A DNA stretch of 63,045 nucleotides, filler included, from Octopus bimaculoides (taxonomy: Eukaryota), in the NCBI RefSeq assembly GCF_001194135.2. It is 6 parts of 6 records of this genome, joined end to end, with 100 filler letters (N's around TTAATTAATTAA, not from the genome) between each part and the next. Parts side by side here need not be neighbours in the genome. Positions count along the whole stretch, not along the records: positions 1 to 24,415 come from NC_068988.1; positions 24,516 to 30,433 come from NC_068997.1; 4 more parts are not named here. One strand, 5' to 3'. A model generated the notes under the pieces. The model had not been told where the DNA came from and did not search any database. It saw only the letters and a program-made list of their open reading frames with translations. Both the position numbers and the translations under genes were made by a program. This document shows, one piece after another, positions 12,616 through 26,497 of the stretch (position 1 is the first letter of the stretch; the number at the start of each line of letters is the position of its first letter).

Positions 12616-15600
12616 AAAATACATACACATACACACACACATATATACGCATAGCTATACATACATATACCTACATACATACATACATACATACATACAT
12701 ACATACATACATACATGCATTTATATAGCCCTTCAATTATTTTCAGCCAAAATCCTTACTGAACTCCGACATAATTACAACTTGATGTAATATTCATTTG
12801 AGCCCCCGCTTCCGTTCTTCTGCCTTTTAACAATGTCTTGATTGAATAAAGATATTTACTAAAATGTCTTGATATAAATTAAAGCAGTATTTTTGGAACA
12901 GACAAATACAGAGCCTAGTGACCATTTGGAACAACCGACTTTGAAGAAATTTTATTTGATGCACTCATTTAATTTTCATTTTGAGCACGTTAAATATTTT
13001 GGATTCGAATCGCAATCCTTCTGCATCGATTCACTGTAACATGTTTAATACATATGGAGTATTGACGTTTTTCAGGACCACGTACTGTTTCAAGTGCCAT
13101 AAAATTGATTTGCATTTGACTTCACGAATATCATAATTCATTGGAACAGACTCGGGCAGGAATAATGTTTGAACTTCTATGACTTTCTAAAAGATATTAG
13201 CATCGTAAATACATGTCAATTGGTTTCAACAGTGACTCAAATCTGGAACTCCACGTGAAATTGCTAGCGTTTTTTTCATATTGCAGCTTCATAAAATTAT
13301 GGGCTGATAAAGCCAGCTTTCAGATATTCCTAGCGAAAAGAAATGTAAAACATGTTATGTTTTCATCAATAACTCCATCGATTGATCTTTATTGAACTGC
13401 ATTTATACATGTTTCGGCCTGTATCAGTTCCTACTCTAAAACATTCCTGATAGCGTAACTCGAACAGTTTATACTATCAATAAATTAGCACAAAGATGCC
13501 TGTTTCATAATCAATGAAGCAAGCAAACAGATGAAGCAATCACTTATAGTGTCATTGATGTCTTTTGTAAAGATGTTTTTATTACATGTGTCCTATGAAT
13601 AAGCAGACTATAACTTAGTTGCTGCTATCAGTGATAAATACAAACATTTAGTTCTGATAATGTCTCATGTTCGCAGAGTTGTTCTTCATAATATTCATAT
13701 AATATTGTTACGGAACGTTCCAGAATATATCTAGATAAATAATTGATGTACACCACAAGTGTGTGGGAATTGAAAGGAAACAACATTTATGTACATGTAT
13801 TACTTGAATCACATCATAACGAAAAAATACTTGTTTACAAAAGAATCCATATTATGATGGAAGGTAAATGGAAAGTGTGACAAACGTACCGTTTTCAAAA
13901 GGTATTAGCTGCATAAGTTCTGTATAGTTCATTTAGTCTACAAATATATCACTTGGAAGAGGAATTTTATATCAAAAATGATTGCAGTAATGATTTGCTT
14001 TAGAACAGGGAAATTTTCAGCAATCAGCTGCAAAATATCAAGAATCAAACAGAATATATTCCTTGTCTTGAATGCAATCATTCACTCAGGTATTGATAGA
14101 TTTCAGAATGTATATTGAAGAACATATTCCATTAGCAATTTACATCGATAATACTTATGTTGATTACTGGTTAAAATAATGTTAGTATTAATACAAGGCA
14201 GCAAACTCCATTAACATAGTCGGTAGATATGCGGTATGTCTTGTCGGCTATTTATTGTAAGGGAAATAATTACGATCCAGATCAATCAGAACAGGATTAG
14301 CAATTCGAATTGTACAGAACAGTGAAGATGCACAAAATTTGCATATTTAAGTTTCCTTTCTCTTACTCATGAACTATGACTAAAAATTTTGAGATCTTTG
14401 TACTCAGGTATAGCACCATTTCACCTTAATTTCAGATTGTCAGTATGATATAGCCCGAGGCAAATAAGTTACACTAACCTTTTACGAAGTGAAATATTTC
14501 TTGCAGATGGAAAATATTCACAGTTTAGAAGAGATTCGTGGAATGTAATATTCTCCTTTCTTTTATTCAGAGATCGGTAGCAGATGTGCAATTAAAAGGG
14601 CATAAGAGAGAAATTTCCTACTCAGCAGTTATTTCTTTTTGTTATTATACTTTCTCCCTATGGTTCATTATTACTTTGGACAATTCATAAAATTTCAAAC
14701 TGTTTTTAAATCTCATGTATTATTTTCATAGAGGTCATGGTAACATATTTTTGCAACCACGCAATATACTTCCATTTTATCCTGCTTTGGAGAAGACATA
14801 GTAAAGTTTACTGCGAGTGGTGTTTACTTTGCCTTATTTCATTTAAAAACAGAATTTGGGGGAAATACGCGAAAAACGATCGCTTTCAGATATGTAAAGC
14901 TCTAGAGGTAAGCAATTTGTCAAAGTGTTAATATGGATTACTGGAATAAAAGGTTAACAAACTGATAAGTAAGGTCGGTGTATTTCGATGAAGAATTGCA
15001 TGAGAAAAATGAGTTAAGAGCAACAGAGACTAATTCAATAACGGCTGATGAGTGAATGATAGGAAGTCAGTTTACTATGGAACAATTACTGGACTGACTA
15101 TTGACAGTGTTAGCATATGAATCAAAATATTTTTATATTTTGTGCGTTGGTAGACATGCAATTTACTGCTAAGTTTTATGCAATTAATTTATCTTTATAT
15201 TTCTGTTATATAGAACGTTCAAACGATTGAAAAATAATATTAACATTTGTTATTTTACTGTGAACCGTAACCTTATCTCCTCAAGAGTCAGCAGCTTTGC
15301 AGAATACACTAGGTTGCTGAATTTTGTCGAGTTGATTCAAATCTAATTGTAACTTCTACTCTCTTTCATTCTATTCCCTTGCTTCACCACACCCAATCAA
15401 CGACTACTTGCAATGGACAGAATAATCAAACAATCGAAAATAAACACTGCATGGTAGTGTTTTCCACAGCCTAGAATATTCTCGAAAACAAAATTGACTC
15501 TGGAACCTTTCATGATTGATTTTCGACAAGAAGAGTGAAGAAGGCGGAAAGAATTTCAATATGGTTGAATGATTCTTCTTAATAAGAGAAGGATAAACAT

Positions 15601-16381
15601 TTGTATACAGTTGTTCGCACACACAATGCCTACTGCATATGTCCATATTTGTTTACGCAAATATAAATAGATACAGTGGTAAATAAATAAATACATCGGC
15701 CATATTGTTTATGTCTGTTTTTGTGACTGTAGCTGCTGTGTGTCTGTGTATGAAAATATATGTGTATTCTGCATAGGTAGATACAAAATGATGCACTCGA
15801 GAGGAAAGATGCAAAAAGAAATCAACGAAGAGAACAATAGTAAAATAGCTGCTAGTTCCATAAGGAAGATACGTTGGATGGGAAAATAAAGGATTGGCGA
15901 ATGTTTGGAATTATTCGTGTATTAACGTTTATGCTAACAACAATAGAACTAAGGAAATTGCAATGACAACAACATCAGCAATGGCATCAGTAATACAATA
16001 AAATATTCTATGAGAGAAAATACATGATGGCAATATCAAATAAAAAAATAAAATTAAGAATTTTAATGAAAACGAATTATATAAGAAGCAAAATAACTGT
16101 ATGACAGAGTAAGAAAAGAAAATAGACAAACACATACGTAGAAAAGTAGAACAATAGCTATAGTACAAATAACAACTCCATCAAAAATCATGCTAAAAAC
16201 AGAGAGGAATGAAACAAGAACAACAGACATAATTTACCTATTCATGATTATACTTTACATCGTGTAAGTAATTGTTTTTCTGGTTCTGTATGGGAAAAGA
16301 ATAAACCACTGTTTATCTGGTTATATAAGCGCTTGCACACGCAAACACAAGCACACGCGAACACACCTGTCTATCTATCTC

Positions 16382-16430
<49 letters not shown>

Positions 16431-16647
16431 TTATCTATTTATCTACCAGCCTGTCTGTCTGTCTATTGTCAGCACGCGTATGCATGCAATTAGGATTACC
16501 TAGAGTTGCAGGCTGATATATAAGTGCTAGCATACAAGCATATCATGTAACTGTCTGAGAATTCATAGGAAGTTGCATGTGCTTATGCACATACATAGAT
16601 ACATACATGCGTATGTACGTATGCATATACATATCTCCACCTGTCTG

Positions 16648-16690
<43 letters not shown>

Positions 16691-16691
<1 letters not shown>

Positions 16692-16866
16692 GCACTCAGT
16701 TGGTCACGACGACGAGAGTTCCAGTTGATCCGATCAACAGAACAGCCTGCTCATGAACTTACCGCGCAAGTGACTGAGCACTCCACAAACGTGTAACCCT
16801 AAAGTAGTTCTCGGGGAGATTCAGTGTGACAGGGAGTGTGACAAGGATGTCCCTTTGAAATACAGG
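16691..16866 (-). mobile_element. SINE shared tail C
   Basis: Reverse complement of about 56950-57125. Confidence 0.85.
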
Positions 16867-17693
16867 TACAGTAGAAACATGTAAAACCGTTCAAGGCAGC
16901 ACCTCAGCAAGGTTGCAGTGAAATGAGTGAAACAATTACTTGAAAAAAAAAAATATATACAAATAATTTAACCTGAATAATAATAACAGTTGTAGCAACT
17001 ATAGGAATAAGAACAACACTAGTTAGAAAACTCAAAATAAGGATCACTGAGAAAACTTAGCAACAACAATTAATACGTATGTCAGAAACTCAAATCGAGG
17101 GATTATCAAAACACGAAATAGAAAGATTTCCTAATTCCTGAAAACAAAAATCACCCATTTTTTAATTAATTTTTTTTTTTTTTTACATATAATGATCACT
17201 AATGAGTATAATTGGTTGTCAAATAAATTCTTTCGCTGTATCTTCCTGTTTATTTCAATCCTTACGTTCATCCGTTTTAACCAATCAGCCAATATCATAT
17301 ATTCTCCGCCATTGTTCACGACAAAAGTGATAATTAGTCTGAAGCTGTCATATCTTAAGAACTCTTGAATAGAATTGGAAAGAAACGAACGAATCTGACG
17401 ACTCAGTAAACCGATTTGCTGTTACTTAGAAATTTTTGTACGTTTTTTAATCTATTCTCTAGTTTTGTTTAATTCTGTCGCGTGCAATCTACTGCCCGCG
17501 AGTCTTTCTGAATATTTCGTCTAACAAAATATTGCCTTGAATTGTTTTAGGAGCGCGTCCTAACTGATGGTGGGTCATATCTGATGTGGCCTACTTCGCA
17601 CCAAAGGTTGCCCATACTCGGCTTAGACTATTTCACATTATGAATATTCACATCATGAAAGAGTTGTAGATTCTGAGGTTGTGTTTATTTTCA

Positions 17694-17897
17694 TTCTTTT
17701 ACTCTTTTATTTGTTTCAGTCATTTGACTGCGGTCATGCTGGAGCGCCACTTTTAGTCGAACAAATCGACTCCAAAGACTTATTCTTTGTAAGCCTAGTA
17801 CTTATTCTATCGGTCTCTTTTGCCGAACCGCTAAGTTACGGGGAGTAAACATACCAATATCGGTTGTCAAATGATTGTCGAGGGACAAACAGAGACA

Positions 17898-17935
<38 letters not shown>

Positions 17936-18092
17936 CGACGGGCTTCTTTCAGTTCCTATCTGCCAAATCCACTCACAAGGCTTTGGTCGGCCCGATGCTA
18001 TAGTAGAAAACATTTGCCCAAGGTACCACGCAGTGGGACTGAACCTGGAACCATGTGTTTAGTAAGCAAGCTACTTACCATACAGCCACTTC
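17694..18092 (-). mobile_element. SINE family B, near full length
   Basis: cttttactcttttatttgtttcagtcatttgactgcgg..aaatccactcacaaggctttgg..gggactgaacctggaaccatgtg..ttaccatacagccactt. Confidence 0.92.
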
Positions 18093-18451
18093 TGTGCATA
18101 AACAAAAATACATTATGATCACAATAACACAGGTATTCAAGCCGTTCTCACCGCAGTTTATCTTAATACACATATTTTTAACGAAATAGAAGGATTTGAG
18201 CGAGGTTTGACATTTTTAGTAGAGTGATCGGTTGTATGCACATAACTAATTTAACGTATTTCTTGATTGAGGTTAGTCTTACTCAGTTAGGACATCAAGT
18301 ATTTTAATGAAAATGTGGATAGCATTTCCGCACCTCGGACTAGAATTGGTAGACACTGAGAGTAAAGTACTGAGCAGAGTTTTGAGTTTAGTTCAGTAAT
18401 TCCTGCTTATTCTTTCCGAATGGTATTTCTCCAACTAAATTATCAATATAG

Positions 18452-18731
18452 ATGGCTCAGTGGTTAGAGCATCGGTCTCACAATCATGAGATAGTGAGTT
18501 CGATTCCCGGACCGTGCTGTATGTCGTGTTCTTGTGCTGTTGAAATGAGTTGTGACGTCATTACCGCCAAGCTGTATCGGTGGCGTGCGGAGAGGAGGCT
18601 TCTATGCATGGGCAACTACTGGTTTTCCATAAACAAACTTGTCCGGACTTGTGCCTCTGAGGGTAATTTTGTATTTCTAGTTTCAATTCCACGGTCTTTC
18701 ATGACCGAAAGGGTTTTTTCCCCTTACCTTT
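18452..18731 (+). mobile_element. SINE family E
   Basis: atggctcagtggttagagcatcggtctcacaatcatgagatagtgagttcgattcccgg..cccttacctt. Confidence 0.88.
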
Positions 18732-19294
18732 ATACCTGTTTTAATAAAGGCAGATGAAACTTTGATCCGGAATTTTTCAACCAACAACGAACTGATAACC
18801 GACTAAATCGAAGCATTCTACCAATTTATTACTGAGTTACAGTGAAAAATCCCCAAAACAAAACAAACGAGACATTAGGAAGGCGCTCAATCTGATAGAG
18901 ATAACAACAGCATTTTACATACATCACAAACTACAGCCAGAAGAACGGAAAGTACTTACTAGGTAGGTTTGTTTTAGACATACCAGAGAAGAGGCAGCAT
19001 GTCTACAAATCGATCACATTTGGATTGCCGTTAAACAGAAACAGAAACTATAATGTTTAACTTTAACATCATTTAAACTTTCTTCACTCGCCTGACGCCA
19101 TATTAAATCAATACTGTAGTTTAAAATGTACGAAGTGTTAGTGTCTGCAAAGGAACAGAATGCGGAATTGGTAAAGAAAAAGATAGAAATGTCAGCTTAG
19201 CCGTTATTTCAAACAATAATTAGCAGGAGATTTAGGAAATAGCTATGTATAATATTTCAGAGGAAGAAAGACAAGTTCATTGATCAAAGAGGAC

Positions 19295-19342
19295 ACACAG
19301 AGACGCACGCACACAGAGACGCACGCACACAGAGACGCACGC
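19295..19342. repeat. 16-bp unit x3
   Basis: acacagagacgcacgc x3. Confidence 0.9.
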
Positions 19343-19551
19343 ACAGAGAGGCATAGGCACACAGACACAAATATACATAGAGACACTCATAGGCACATAC
19401 TCCCTCTCTGTCCTTCTCTCTCACACACATACTATATATATATACAAACTTATATATAAATATGCAAACATATATATAATATATACACACACATTGAAGC
19501 ACACACTCACGCGCACACTCACATTCACACACCCATACACACAATCACACG

Positions 19552-19583
<32 letters not shown>

Positions 19584-19662
19584 CACGCACACACACACAT
19601 ACACACAGAGATATATATAGAAATCCATACACTCGTGTTTGTGCATATCTATCTATATACAT

Positions 19663-19745
<83 letters not shown>

Positions 19746-19761
19746 CATACACACATATATA

Positions 19762-19810
<49 letters not shown>

Positions 19811-20739
19811 GTATATGTATATATATGTATGAGTATGTGTGTGTGTGTGTATACCTATATATATATATTAGTATGTGTGTTTGCTTGCTTGCGTGTGATT
19901 GCATAATGTATTTTATAAATTTATAATTCGTTGACTGATATAATGTATCTCACTAAAGAGAAAATGAAACTTGCACCAATCGTATGAAATACATACTGTG
20001 ATTCTAGGCTATGAAAGATTAATGATTGTTTTTCAAGAAATAAATCTCGACTGTTACATCCTCACTGAAGCTTAAATTTGCAAGAACGTTTTTATACTCT
20101 CTTGAGACGGTAAATGTATTGATTGTATATGCTATACAGGCTTACATATTTTTTACAAATTCATACACATATATGTAGAAATGTCTATTCACGTTGGTAT
20201 GTGATTTTTGTATTTTGGCATTTGTGTTTTTGTACGTTCAAAATCCCTGTAACTAACTTTGCTTCTCAGTCATGGAGGAGTTTTAATAATTTATTGTATT
20301 TCTCCATAAACCATATGACCTTACACAAACTCACATGCATGCACACAAACACACACACACGCGCACACGCATATGCACACGCAATGCACATACACACACA
20401 AACATACACACATATACCCCCGCACACATATTCATAGATATAGTTTAGAAAACATCAAGTAAAACGTTGTAGATTTAAAAGTAAAGAAAAGATAATTCTG
20501 AAAATAATATATGTATTTAGGCAAGTTAAAGCTTCCATAGAAATACATAAAAACAATTAACGTAACAGAAGCAATAAAAGGCTGTGTACAATGAAAATAT
20601 ATATCCCAAATCAAAACAATTTAGATAAAGTTTTAATGTTTCGGACTTCGCATTTGCCAATAGAATGTAAAAGAATTATGGGAAGGATGAAACTAATAAC
20701 ATTTTCAAATTTACTTTTCTTGAATGACTAAATGTCTCC

Positions 20740-21965
20740 CTTAGTGTAAAATAAAATTGGGAGAATGCGATTAAAGGATAGAGAAAAGGAGACATGTTGT
20801 ATGTAATATGGAAGTAGCACCGTTCTGGATACTTAGGATTGCATGCTTTTGGCTTGGACAGCTCACCATAAATTAAACTATACCAGACCAGACCAGAAAA
20901 ATGCTGACAGTACACGGGGCTTTCCACCTTAGGAGTAACACCGATAGGCTGTACTTGTCCAGAAGAAAGGGTGGGAGAAGTTTGATCAGTTGCCAGGACT
21001 GTGTCGAAGCAGAGGAAAATAGCCTAGGGTGGTATATAGTAAATGCCGTGTAGCCACTGTTGAAACACACGAAGGCTGACCTCATCAAACTCAAAATTGT
21101 GTAATGAACTAAACTTTAAACAAGAAATGAACAAAAAAAAATTAAAATAAAGCATGGAATGAAAAAAATGTACTGTCAGTTTTCAAGAGATGTGAACGCG
21201 AAGACAGAAGCAGAGGAATGGTGGCTACGGATGAGGAGTGACCTGAACATAGAGACAGAATCACTTATATACGCAACTTAGGGACAAGCGTTAAAGAGCA
21301 ATTATATGAAGTGCAAAATAGACAACACAACTGATAGCGAAAAATGAAGGATCTGTAGTAAGAGGGGTGAAACGGTATGGTACATCGTTAGCGAAAGCCG
21401 GAAATTGGTACAACGCGAATACAAAAGAAGCCAAGTCAATGTGGCAAGAACGATCCATTGGGAGTTATGTGGAAATCACGGCCTACAAAGAGCAAAGGCG
21501 TGGTATGTTCAAACTCTAGAAGGGGTCACCGAAAAATCAGAAATGCAAAATCCTGTGTGATGCAATGATCCAGTGCGATCATCCGAGCAGACATCGGAAA
21601 CCGGACATTGTTGTGGTGAATAAAAAAGAAAGAAACGTGTATGATAATCGACACAGCATGCTTCGGTGACAACAAGATTAATGTGAAAGAAGAAAAAATA
21701 AACAATTATGGCGATTTGAAGTGGGAAATACGAAGTTTGGTGTCAATGAAGAGAGTAGATGTGATACCAATAGTAATTGGTGCACTTGGAAGTATCAGCA
21801 CTCGACTACCAACATGGCTGAAAAAGATCGGTGAAAGTTTGAAGGTAGAACACCTATTAAAAATCAGTATTACTTGGAACTGCAAGAATTCTTCGCACTT
21901 AACAAGTGTTACTTTAGTCTGCTGGCTGTGGACAGCTGAAATGTTACATCACACCCAGTAAAATA
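20740..21965 (+). mobile_element. R4/Dong-clade non-LTR retrotransposon, degraded 3' part with RLE endonuclease
   Basis: TRKMLTVHGAFHLRSNTDRLYLSRRKGGRSL; decayed CCHC knuckle (K*RICSKRGETVWYIVSES); RKPDIVVV..IID..KEEKINNYGDLKWEI..VIPIVIGALG. (AAT)n follows at 21983-22050. Several stops and frameshifts. Confidence 0.9.
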
Positions 21966-21979
21966 AGATGTCTGTTTTC

Positions 21980-22033
<54 letters not shown>

Positions 22034-23099
22034 CAACAATAATAATAATAAAAGAACGGAAAGTAAGGAATAAGGCAATAACATATCAGGTAACCCAAAT
22101 TTTCGGTAATATCAATAAAGGTGATGATATTATTTGGTTGGCCCAAAAGTCCAACCGGTGTTTGTTGGGACTACACTTAAGCACTCTAACAAATAGCTAA
22201 CTTCCGTCAGTCCATTGTGCATGCTCACGAGTTAGATACTTGACGCTAGTTCGGTGAAAGATGCAATCGAATGGCGTCGATTTTTATGAATTAATACTTT
22301 TCAATGTTTTCCACTTGTAAATCACATGACTGTCACGGTGTTGTGATTCTAATCAATATGCAGCATCGGTGTTGGTTTCTATAAGAATGACCAACTTGTG
22401 ATTTTTAACAGTTAGAGTGATTTGCACAACTGTTTGACATAGATTAATCGCGAGCAGTTACAAACGTGATGTCTCTCTTGAGAAAAGCAAAATCTAGCCC
22501 GTTTATTTTCTAAAATTGGATTAAATCGCCAGAAAGAGAGAAAATGTATTTTAAGTACTGATTTCCATAACACAATGTTTCATCAAACCGGTAGCTTTTC
22601 GCTTTAACTCACCGAGCTCACCACTCACAAGCTCTGCTTCCATACTGTTCTCATATATGATGTATTGTGCCCCGCCATATTTCCGTTGATACATCTATAC
22701 TCGTGTATTACTCATTCATTTATCACTCACATTTATCACGCTCAGTTCTGTGATAACGAAAGTTTGAGATTAGTCAAACGTTCTGCATGGCACGAAAAGC
22801 ACAAGTTAGCCACAGTCTGGAATCCCGAGGGCAACATGCCTTTGCGAAAGGAAACCCATTTCCCCCATAACATTTATTATTTTGTTTTATCACTGATTCA
22901 TCTAGCACGGTATTATATTTAATCAAACACTCGTGATAAACGAGGACAGATATTGAAGGTAGTTCGACTCATCCCCAACTTGTAGCCATTATGCTACATG
23001 TGATTACATATCAAATGTCGAAGTGTTGACTTTCATCTCGTACTATTATGATTGCAAATGTGTGACTTTATTGCAGACCTATTTATGTATCTATTTTGC

Positions 23100-23279
23100 A
23101 CAGGAATGGTTGTGTGGTAAGAAGCTCGCTTCCAAACCACAGGTTTCACGGTTCAATCCCACTGCGTAGCACCTTCATTAGGTTTCTTCTAATATAGCCT
23201 CGGGTAAACCAAAGCCTTGTGAGTGGATTTGGCAGACAGAAACTGAAAAAAGCTCGTCGTATATATATATATATAGGTG

Positions 23280-23324
<45 letters not shown>

Positions 23325-23345
23325 GTGAGTCTTTGTCTGTATTTG
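23100..23345 (+). mobile_element. SINE family B, 5' half
   Basis: caggaatggttgtgtggtaagaagc..ggttcaatcccactgcgtagcacc..aaagccttgtgagtggatttgg. Confidence 0.85.
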
Positions 23346-24370
23346 ACGGCTAATTGTAGTATTTTATATATACCTCATATATACAATACTACAAATACCC
23401 GTCATTTTAGTTACATATAATGATACTGGTCAACCATTTCATCCGTTCCTATCTGTTCATTCAATACTAAGNNNNNNNNNNNNNNNNNNNNNNNNNNNNN
23501 NNNNNNNNNNNNNNNNNNNNNNNNNNNNNNNNNNNNNNNNNNNNNNNNNNNNNNNNNNNNNNNNNNNNNNNNNNNNNNNNNNNNNNNNNNNNNNNNNNNN
23601 NNNNNNNNNNNNNNNNNNNNNNNNNNNNNNNNNNNNNNNNNNNNNNNNNNNNNNNNNNNNNNNNNNNNNNNNNNNNNNNNNNNNNNNNNNNNNNNNNNNN
23701 NNNNNNNNNNNNNNNNNNNNNNNNNNNNNNNNNNNNNNNNNNNNNNNNNNNNNNNNNNNNNNNNNNNNNNNNNNNNNNNNNNNNNNNNNNNNNNNNNNNN
23801 NNNNNNNNNNNNNNNNNNNNNNNNNNNNNNNNNNNNNNNNNNNNNNNNNNNNNNNNNNNNNNNNNNNNNNNNNNNNNNNNNNNNNNNNNNNNNNNNNNNN
23901 NNNNNNNNNNNNNNNNNNNNNNNNNNNNNNNTATATATATATATATATATGTATATAATTACATGTATTCATGTATGTATATGTATATATATACATGTAT
24001 ATAAGTGTGTGTCTCTGTATGTATGAATATTCAAATATGTAATATACATATGCGCATATATATGTCTGCGTGTGTGTATGAATATATACACCTACATATG
24101 CATATCATTTTGTATGTAAACACACACACGTGGAAGTTTATAGGAAGTAAGATAAACAGAATTTTGAAAAAAAAAATCTATATACTTATGCAGATTTTTG
24201 AAACTTACCACTTGTATTGGCACTTCTGTCAATTACAGTTGATAAGTCAGGCAGTCAGTTAAACCTCATTGCATTACATATTATACGATCGTTCACAGAG
24301 CAGCACGAACACACACATACGATTAAATGTCTACATAATCTAGCGAGCAAGTATTCATGCATTAATACCT

Positions 24371-24415
<45 letters not shown>

Positions 24416-24459
24416 NNNNNNNNNNNNNNNNNNNNNNNNNNNNNNNNNNNNNNNNNNNN

Positions 24460-24471
24460 TTAATTAATTAA
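24460..24471. other. Assembly spacer TTAATTAATTAA inside a 100-nt gap (also 30478-30489, 33994-34005, 38934-38945, 59604-59615)
   Basis: The identical 12-mer, with stops in all six frames, is centred in five equal-length N runs. Confidence 0.97.
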
Positions 24472-24621
24472 NNNNNNNNNNNNNNNNNNNNNNNNNNNNN
24501 NNNNNNNNNNNNNNNAATTATTATTTCCTTGTCAAAAAATGGCTAAAGCATATTGGCAGTAGCTAATAAACCTTTCTATTCTAGGCACAAGGCATGGTTT
24601 TTGAGGGAAGGAGCAAGTCAA

Positions 24622-24670
24622 TTAGGGTTAGGGTTAGAGTTAGGGTTAGGGTTATGGGTTAGGGTTAGGG
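24622..24670 (+). repeat. Interstitial telomere-type repeat (TTAGGG)n, 8 units, two imperfect
   Basis: ttagggttagggttagagttagggttagggttatgggttagggttaggg. Confidence 0.95.
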
Positions 24671-24928
24671 AAAACGAACACACGTGTGTTGCTTCTGCAA
24701 CGCTTTACACCGCTTAGGAGTAACTGTAAACAGCTGAATGCTTGTCAGTGATTGGTTGAAATTATCGAAATAAGACAATTTTTTACATGAAATAAATCCG
24801 AATACAAAATTTTTTTTCTGTTCTATAACACAAAATAGATAAGTATACGAAGTTTGAAAGTCTTTCGGTACCAAAAACACTACATAAAATATTAATGAAA
24901 ACTGGTGCCCCCGTTTTGAACAAGATCC

Positions 24929-25054
24929 AGCCTAGTACTTATTCTATCGGTCCCTTTTTACCGAACCGCTAAGTGACGGGGACATAAACACACCAGCATC
25001 GGTGGTCAAGCAATGCTAGGGGGACAAAAACAGACACACAAGCATACACACACA

Positions 25055-25143
<89 letters not shown>

Positions 25144-25182
25144 GACGAGCTTCTTTCAGTTTCTGTCTACCAAATCCACTCA
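24929..25182 (-). mobile_element. SINE family B, central part
   Basis: agcctagtacttattctatcgg..(CA)n..cgacgagcttctttcagtttctgtctaccaaatccactca. Confidence 0.85.
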
Positions 25183-25730
25183 TGTTTATATACGCACGCA
25201 CCTAGATATGTATGTGCCTGGGGTTTCTAACCTAGGAGTTTACTCTGTTAAGCTCATCCACGTCTATAGGCTATCAGACAACCTGTAAACTGGAGATAGT
25301 TTGTTCTAGCAAACCTAAACATCTGTAAATTCATGAAGTTCCATAGAGTTTCATAATGACGGATGAGAACAATGGAGCGAACATGTTTTACTGCNNNNNN
25401 NNNNNNNNNNNNNNNNNNNNNNNNNNNNNNNNNNNNNNNNNNNNNNNNNNNNNNNNNNNNNNNNNNNNNNNNNNNNNNNNNNNNNNNNNNNNNNNNNNNN
25501 NNNNNNNNNNNNNNNNNNNNNNNNNNNNNNNNNNNNNNNNNNNNNNNNNNNNNNNNNNNNNNNNNNNNNNNNNNNNNNNNNNNNNNNNNNNNNNNNNNNN
25601 NNNNNNNNNNNNNNNNNNNNNNNNNNNNNNNNNNNNNNNNNNNNNNNNNNNNNNNNNNNNNNNNNNNNNNNNNNNTATATATATATATATATATATATGT
25701 TTGTGTGTCTATATATATATATATATGAGA

Positions 25731-25762
<32 letters not shown>

Positions 25763-26375
25763 TTATATATTATATAGGGGTCGTATTTTTAAGGGTTTGC
25801 GTGTAATAAACACCGGATATATTTAGTGAAAGGTGGGCGGTATTTGACAGCAGGCCATAAAAACCGCTAATTCAGCATTTATGTATAGTGTGTCGTGTAT
25901 GGGCGCCATATTTCTTTTCACTCACGTGCCTCATAAACTCATAAACAACGGTTAAATTTAATGAAAAAGCAGGGGAAGAAGACGTTTGACAGGGACAATA
26001 TGATCAATAATTAGGTATTTATTTGTGTATAAAGTGTTTAGGGGGTCTCACAATCCCTTTAGGGTTCTTCTTACGTGTAATAAACAACAGTTAAATGACG
26101 TGGAAAATAAAGATGGCTATTTTTGTAATTGTAGTTGTTTTTGTTGTTTAGCTGTGGGTCACAAAACAATTGAGCAGAACTATGATATTGGTATTCCAAC
26201 TGTGATACTCTTGACATTTTTATTTTGTCGTTAGTGGAGATGGAGAATATATGGAAAGAACTACATTATCCAATACATTCTTAAAATAAAAGATTGAGTG
26301 TAAATTCAGGATATTTGGTTGCTATTTCTAGCAGATTGAGAAGCCATGCGAGAGTTCGTTTCTGGCTAGATTTAA

Positions 26376-26497
26376 CTATTGTGGTTGTGGCTCTTGATCT
26401 TTTAATTTCACCGCCACCAACTCTGCCACTTCATCCCAGGTCAGTCCTGATCGTGCAGAAAACTCCATCGTTGACCATTCCAACTCATATTTTCCAT
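26376..26497 (-). CDS. Candidate 3'-terminal coding exon of an unidentified protein
   Basis: Strong acceptor ttctggtttcttgtag| at 26498-26499. Open phase-1 frame (D)GKYELEWSTMEFSARSGLTWDEVAELVAVKLKDQEPQPQ* ends in TAG at 26376-26378. GC content is higher than the flanks. AATAAA on the minus strand at 26219-26224. No family recognised. Confidence 0.45.

Noticed and set aside
13406-13427. CTGATAC-AGGCC-GAAACATGTA (minus)
   Set aside because: Core mismatch and no stem I. Compatible with chance.
22131-22158. Mariner-like TIR (tttggttggcccaaaagt)
   Set aside because: No partner TIR or transposase frame found.
24460-24471. TTAATTAATTAA recurring five times, flanked by N
   Set aside because: Artificial all-frame-stop scaffold spacer, not biology.
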